A stretch of DNA of 64,000 nucleotides from an uncultured Erysipelotrichaceae bacterium (GTDB taxonomy: Bacteria > Bacillota_I > Bacilli_A > RF39 > UBA660): contig CACYLI010000002.1 in assembly GCA_902775285.1 (NCBI GenBank), positions 82,756 through 146,755 on the forward strand, given 5' to 3'. A model generated the notes under the pieces. That model searched no databases and was not told where the DNA came from. It saw nothing but the letters and a program-made list of their open reading frames with translations. Below, piece after piece: positions 59,639-64,000 of the stretch (the stretch's first letter is position 1; each line of letters opens with the position of its first letter). Both the position numbers and the translations under genes were made by a program.

Positions 59639-61111
59639 ATGAAAAAAGTATACAAATATTTATTAATTGGTTTAATAATGCTGTTTTCCAATATATCACT
59701 ATTAAAAGCAGCTTCTGCAAGTATATCGGTATCATCTTCTACAAGTAAAATAGTTGTTGGTAACTCATTTACTGTTACTATTAAAGTATCATCTTCTAAT
59801 ACACTTGGTACCTGGGAATTTACTCCTAGTTATGATACTTCTAAATTTAAACTTACAAGTGGACAAACAAGTGTAGTAGATTATGGAGATGGTAAAACTA
59901 AATCAAAAAGCTATACATATAAATTTAAAGCTATTGGTACAGGTAGTGGCACAATTTCTGTTAAAAGTTATGGTGTAATTGACTATAATTCAGAATCAAA
60001 AATGAGTGTATCAGTTAGCTCTAAAACAATAAATGTAATAACACAATCTCAATTAGAAGCATCTTATTCAAAAAACAATAATTTAAAAAGTTTAAGTATA
60101 GAAGGTCTTACATTATCACCTGCTTTTAATGCTAATACTACAAAATATACTGTTAGTGCTAATGCCAATACAACAGTAGTCAATGTAAAAGCAAGTGTTC
60201 AAGATTCAAAATCTAAAGTATCTGGTACAGGAAAACATAATGTATATGAAGGTGAAAATAAAATAAATGTTACTGTAACAGCTCAAAATGGAAGTACTAA
60301 AACTTATACAATAATTGTTAATGTAGTAGATCCAAATCCAATTGAAGTAACATTAAATAATCAAAAATATACTGTTGTAAAAAGAGAAAGTAATTTAGAT
60401 ACTCTTGAAGGTTTTGATAAAACTACAGTTGATATTAATAATCAAAAAATACCTGCCCTATTTAATGAACTTAATAATCTTACACTAATTGGTCTAAAGA
60501 ATACTGAAGGTGATATATCATTATATACATATAATAAAGAGAATAATACTTATAACTTATATAATGATACTATTCTAGAACAAATGAAATTAATATTTCT
60601 TGATATAGATAAAGAAATAAATAATTTAAAAAAAGAAGTAATTAAAATAGATGATATAGATATAATATCTCTTAAATATAATGATCAATATATTGTAAAA
60701 GCTAGAAACTTTAAAACTGGTGAAGATGGCTATTATATATATGATAAAGAAACAAATACTGCTATTAGATATATAGAAAATGTAGAAAAAAAAGATAATA
60801 CAGATGAAAAATATAAAAAACAAATTCTTGGTTATAAAAAAATGATAGTACTTCTTGGTGTAGAAACTGTTATAATAATATGTATTCTTATATGTATATT
60901 ATTTACTAAAATGAGAAAAAATAAAAAGAGAAGAAAATTATTACAAGCAAAAATTGAAGAAGAAAGAATTAAAGAAGAAGAACTAAAAAAACAAGAAGTA
61001 TTAGTTAAAAAGAAAGAAAAAAAGAAAACTACTAATAAGAATAATAAAAGAAAAAAGAAAGAAGTGCTAAAAAATGAAGAAAGTAAAGAAGAACAAAAAG
61101 AAAATATTTAA
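59639..61111 (+). CDS. membrane-anchored cohesin-like scaffold protein with a cadherin-like domain and a charged cytoplasmic tail
   Basis: Signal peptide; cohesin-like beta-sandwich (VGNSFTVTIKVSSSNTLGTWEFTPSYDTSKFKL…); cadherin-like domain paralogous to that of the upstream gene; TM helix (IVLLGVETVIIICILICILF); K/E-rich C-terminal tail. Confidence 0.55.
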   Translation: MKKVYKYLLIGLIMLFSNISLLKAASASISVSSSTSKIVVGNSFTVTIKVSSSNTLGTWEFTPSYDTSKFKLTSGQTSVVDYGDGKTKSKSYTYKFKAIGTGSGTISVKSYGVIDYNSESKMSVSVSSKTINVITQSQLEASYSKNNNLKSLSIEGLTLSPAFNANTTKYTVSANANTTVVNVKASVQDSKSKVSGTGKHNVYEGENKINVTVTAQNGSTKTYTIIVNVVDPNPIEVTLNNQKYTVVKRESNLDTLEGFDKTTVDINNQKIPALFNELNNLTLIGLKNTEGDISLYTYNKENNTYNLYNDTILEQMKLIFLDIDKEINNLKKEVIKIDDIDIISLKYNDQYIVKARNFKTGEDGYYIYDKETNTAIRYIENVEKKDNTDEKYKKQILGYKKMIVLLGVETVIIICILICILFTKMRKNKKRRKLLQAKIEEERIKEEELKKQEVLVKKKEKKKTTNKNNKRKKKEVLKNEESKEEQKENI

Positions 61112-63098
61112 AACAATAATATGTTTATTATTGATGTTTCTTTTATTTTTAGGAGTATTATTAGATAGCTATGCTCTATTCCTATATGATGAAGTTGAAA
61201 CATTACTTAGAATACTTGGTGCTTCAATTACAATTTATTTATTTATATTTTTATCATATTTATTACTTAGAAGTATTAAAAAAGGAAAAATTGCTTTTAT
61301 AATACCATTTTTAATAAGTATTATAGTATTAGTAGTTGAAGGTGGACTTTATTATTATTTAAACAAGCTTTATACTTCAATTGATGATTTCAGTGACAAT
61401 AAAGCAATGAAATATACTGCTTTAGTTACATATGATAAATCATTAAATAGTTATAAAGACTTAGATAATAAAAAAATTGGAGTTACCAATGATAAAACTG
61501 ATTATGAAGGAAATATTCTTGCTCAAGAAGCAATAGAAGAACTTCATTTAACTGTAGCTAATGAAATAGTTGTATTTGATTCAACTTTAGAAGAATTATA
61601 TGCACTTAAAAATAAAGAAATAGATGCTGGATTCTTTAGTAGAAATTATGTTGATATGTTCTACTCTATGGAAGATTTTGAAGATATTGAAGAAGAAACA
61701 AAAGTTATCTATGAAAAAGAAAAAGAATATACTGATACAGAAGAGGAAATAAAAAGTGAAGGTGCTTCATTAAACAAACCATTTAGTATGTTGTTTATTG
61801 GTGTTGATTCATCAAAAGATGGTGTTACCTCTGGTTATAATGCTGATGTATTATTATTAGCTACGTTTAATCCAAAAACCTTAAGAGCTACTCTTACTTC
61901 TGTTCCAAGAGACATGTATTTAAAAACAGCTTGTTCAAATGGAACATATAGAAGAATAAATACGACTACTTGGGGAAGTTCTTCTTCCTGTGCAGTTCAA
62001 ACAATTGAAAGAATGTTTGGAGTTAATATTGATTATTATGCAAAAGTTAATTTTAAGGGAGTTGTTCAACTAGTAGATGCAGTTGGTGGAATTGATGTAA
62101 ATGTTGACTACCCTATTTGTGAACAAAATAGTAGTAGACAATGGGGAGCAAATACACAATACATTAAGTCTGGTCTTCAACATCTAAATGGTGAACAAGC
62201 TCTAGCATTTGCAAGAAATAGACATAAACCTAATGATGGAAGTAAAACTGGAAAAGCTATGGCAAAGTATTGCCCTACTTGGACAGGTGGTTCAAGAAAT
62301 GATTATACAAGAGGAAAAAATCAAATGAAAGTTATTCTAGGAGTTGTAAATTCAGCTACTAAAATGACTAATCCAAATGATGTTGTGGGTGTACTTGATA
62401 AAATTAAAAAGAATTTTCAAACAAATATTAAATCAAAAGATTTATTATCATTATATAATTTAGCAAAATCAATAGTTGTATCAGATAATACAAATTTAGT
62501 AAATGTACAAAGAATGCAATTAAGCGGACATAGTGCTTGGGGAAAAATATATGAACCTACTTCTAAAAGTTACCCAGCTGTAATTATTCCATATAATGGA
62601 AGTATTAGTGATATTAAAAAAGAAATAAAAGCTAATCTTAATAACTCAACAACTAGTGGAGCAAAAAGCATTAAATTTGATATAAATAACTTATATAAAG
62701 ATACTATAATTGGTCAAGGTAAATATTCTGCTTCATCAATACCAACTTTAAAAGACTTATCTAAATATTCAGTAGATGGAATTAAAAACTATGCTTCATC
62801 TAATCATTTAACTCTTAGATTTATAGATAGTTCAAATGGTCAAGAAGTTAATATTAATGATTTTAGTGAATATTCATTTCATTATCAAAAAGAACATAAA
62901 GATATTATATTAGATCAACTAAGTAATTTAACTATTTATGTTAAAAAGAAAGCAGTAGTGACACCTACTACTAATAATCAAACTAATACAAATACTAATA
63001 CTAATACTGATAATACAAAAGAGGAAGTTAAAGAAGAAGTAAAAGAAGAAGAAAAACCAACACCTGATCCTACTCCAACAGAAACAAATACACAATAA
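61074..63098 (+). CDS. LCP family (LytR-CpsA-Psr) phosphotransferase with extended N- and C-terminal regions
   Basis: N-terminal TM helix; LCP core (ADVLLLATFNP…LTSVPRDMYL…VNFKGVVQLVDAVGGIDVNV…LNGEQALAFARNRH); 674 aa. Confidence 0.85.
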   Translation: MKKVKKNKKKIFKTIICLLLMFLLFLGVLLDSYALFLYDEVETLLRILGASITIYLFIFLSYLLLRSIKKGKIAFIIPFLISIIVLVVEGGLYYYLNKLYTSIDDFSDNKAMKYTALVTYDKSLNSYKDLDNKKIGVTNDKTDYEGNILAQEAIEELHLTVANEIVVFDSTLEELYALKNKEIDAGFFSRNYVDMFYSMEDFEDIEEETKVIYEKEKEYTDTEEEIKSEGASLNKPFSMLFIGVDSSKDGVTSGYNADVLLLATFNPKTLRATLTSVPRDMYLKTACSNGTYRRINTTTWGSSSSCAVQTIERMFGVNIDYYAKVNFKGVVQLVDAVGGIDVNVDYPICEQNSSRQWGANTQYIKSGLQHLNGEQALAFARNRHKPNDGSKTGKAMAKYCPTWTGGSRNDYTRGKNQMKVILGVVNSATKMTNPNDVVGVLDKIKKNFQTNIKSKDLLSLYNLAKSIVVSDNTNLVNVQRMQLSGHSAWGKIYEPTSKSYPAVIIPYNGSISDIKKEIKANLNNSTTSGAKSIKFDINNLYKDTIIGQGKYSASSIPTLKDLSKYSVDGIKNYASSNHLTLRFIDSSNGQEVNINDFSEYSFHYQKEHKDIILDQLSNLTIYVKKKAVVTPTTNNQTNTNTNTNTDNTKEEVKEEVKEEEKPTPDPTPTETNTQ

Positions 63099-63126
63099 AA
63101 AAGTTCACATTTGTGAACTTTTTTAT
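63097..63126. terminator. bidirectional rho-independent terminator
   Basis: aagttcaca-tt-tgtgaactt hairpin flanked by A and T runs, between convergent genes. Confidence 0.5.
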
Positions 63127-63737
63127 TCTCCTTTAATTATATATAACTTTCCATTATCTTTAATCATTGTAAGAGTAATACTCTTTTCATATTTTAAATC
63201 TTCAACATATTCCCAATTAAGTAATACTTTATAAGCATCATATTCTTCACTTTTATAAGTTACTTTAACTTCTTCTATGTTAGTTACATTTACTTCTTTT
63301 ACTTCTGGTAACTTTTGTGTTCTTTTACCATCTAGATTATTTTCAACATTTTTATATAATGTAGCACCCATATTTTCTTTAAAGTTTTCTTTCAAATCTT
63401 TATGTAAATATTCAAGACCACCAATATCAGTACCAGTTAATTTATTATTAAGCGTAAATACGTCGATTACAAACAATTTAGAAAGCAATTCAGCATACTT
63501 ATTATAATTTATACTATCTTCATTTAAAGTCTTTTCTAACTCCTTAAAAGTACTACTAAAAAGTTTCCCATCACTTTCTTTTAAAGTATAGCCGTATAAC
63601 TCTAAACTTCTTAATTGTTTAGTAGCTGTTTTTGGTTTTAAAATACTATTATATCCAGTGTATATTGTAAAACCAAATAAACAAATACCAATTATTATAA
63701 ATATTATAATTATTAAAACATCTAACTTTTTTTTCAT
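63123..63737 (-). CDS. hypothetical membrane-anchored protein
   Basis: N-terminal TM helix; 204 aa. Confidence 0.4.
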   Translation of the reverse strand: MKKKLDVLIIIIFIIIGICLFGFTIYTGYNSILKPKTATKQLRSLELYGYTLKESDGKLFSSTFKELEKTLNEDSINYNKYAELLSKLFVIDVFTLNNKLTGTDIGGLEYLHKDLKENFKENMGATLYKNVENNLDGKRTQKLPEVKEVNVTNIEEVKVTYKSEEYDAYKVLLNWEYVEDLKYEKSITLTMIKDNGKLYIIKGE

Positions 63738-63946
63738 TTATTACACTCCCCTATTTTAGCTCCTTCTTTTCTAATTAAATCATGTACAATTATTCCATTA
63801 GATACCTCTAATATATTATCTGCATATTCCTTTAAATTATTTATATAATCACTATCAATTGGTTCTTCAGTAAATGCAATGTATTCATCATTTAAATCAC
63901 TATAATAAACTTTATCTGTTAAAACATTTCCATTAGGAAAAACCAC
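63734..63946 (-). CDS. small hypothetical protein (may extend beyond the window)
   Basis: 70-aa ORF overlapping the downstream gene by 4 nt. Confidence 0.3.
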   Translation of the reverse strand: MVFPNGNVLTDKVYYSDLNDEYIAFTEEPIDSDYINNLKEYADNILEVSNGIIVHDLIRKEGAKIGECNK

Positions 63947-64000
63947 AATTTTTTCATGACTACTAAAAATATCATTACCTAAAGAATATTTTTCTTTAAA

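Noticed and set aside
1-64000. Prophage, ICE or other mobile element content
   Set aside because: No integrase, recombinase, transposase, phage structural gene or flanking direct repeats (attL/attR) were recognised. The single tRNA-Ala has no adjacent integrase.

Overview
This window is a very AT-rich (about 25-28% GC by eye) chromosomal segment from a spore-forming Firmicute, Clostridia-like. The spore-former call rests on cotE, a gerA-type germinant receptor operon, gpsB and a type B RNase P RNA. Almost every gene is on the minus strand and most are housekeeping: ftsY-ylxM, RNase J, recA with a putative SOS box, pgsA, rnpB, gpsB, fmt, priA, miaB, uvrB, a MarR-gpx-trxA-trxB redox operon, tsaC, prs-like, nrnA and rpsP-KH. 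There is one tRNA-Ala(TGC) and one RNase P RNA; the ORF track lists neither. I saw no CRISPR array, integrase or transposase.

Coordinates 44.6-55.1 kb hold a complete wall teichoic acid locus: tagO, gpsA, three Glyphos_transf paralogs (one a 1085-aa fusion with GT4 and GT2 domains), tagD and tagGH.

Three regions stand out:
- An insulated three-gene operon of unknown function (30291-34750) encodes a 432-aa protein, a 732-aa coiled-coil plus AAA_5 (MoxR/McrB-clade) ATPase, and a 316-aa protein. It has its own promoter and its own terminator at both ends. This is my top candidate for an undescribed system.
- A 664-aa type IV prepilin-like protein carries a C-terminal Hint (hedgehog/intein-like, BIL-type) autoprocessing domain and a short tail.
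- A minimal, non-cellulosomal cohesin-dockerin pair sits next to an LCP ligase. One protein is secreted, has SH3b and cadherin-like domains and ends in a dockerin. The neighbouring protein is membrane-anchored and carries a cohesin.

Also notable: a truncated DD-carboxypeptidase remnant, two paralogous SAM methyltransferases, and a broken signal-recognition-particle (SRP) neighbourhood (ftsY-ylxM and rpsP-KH are both present but ffh is absent from both).
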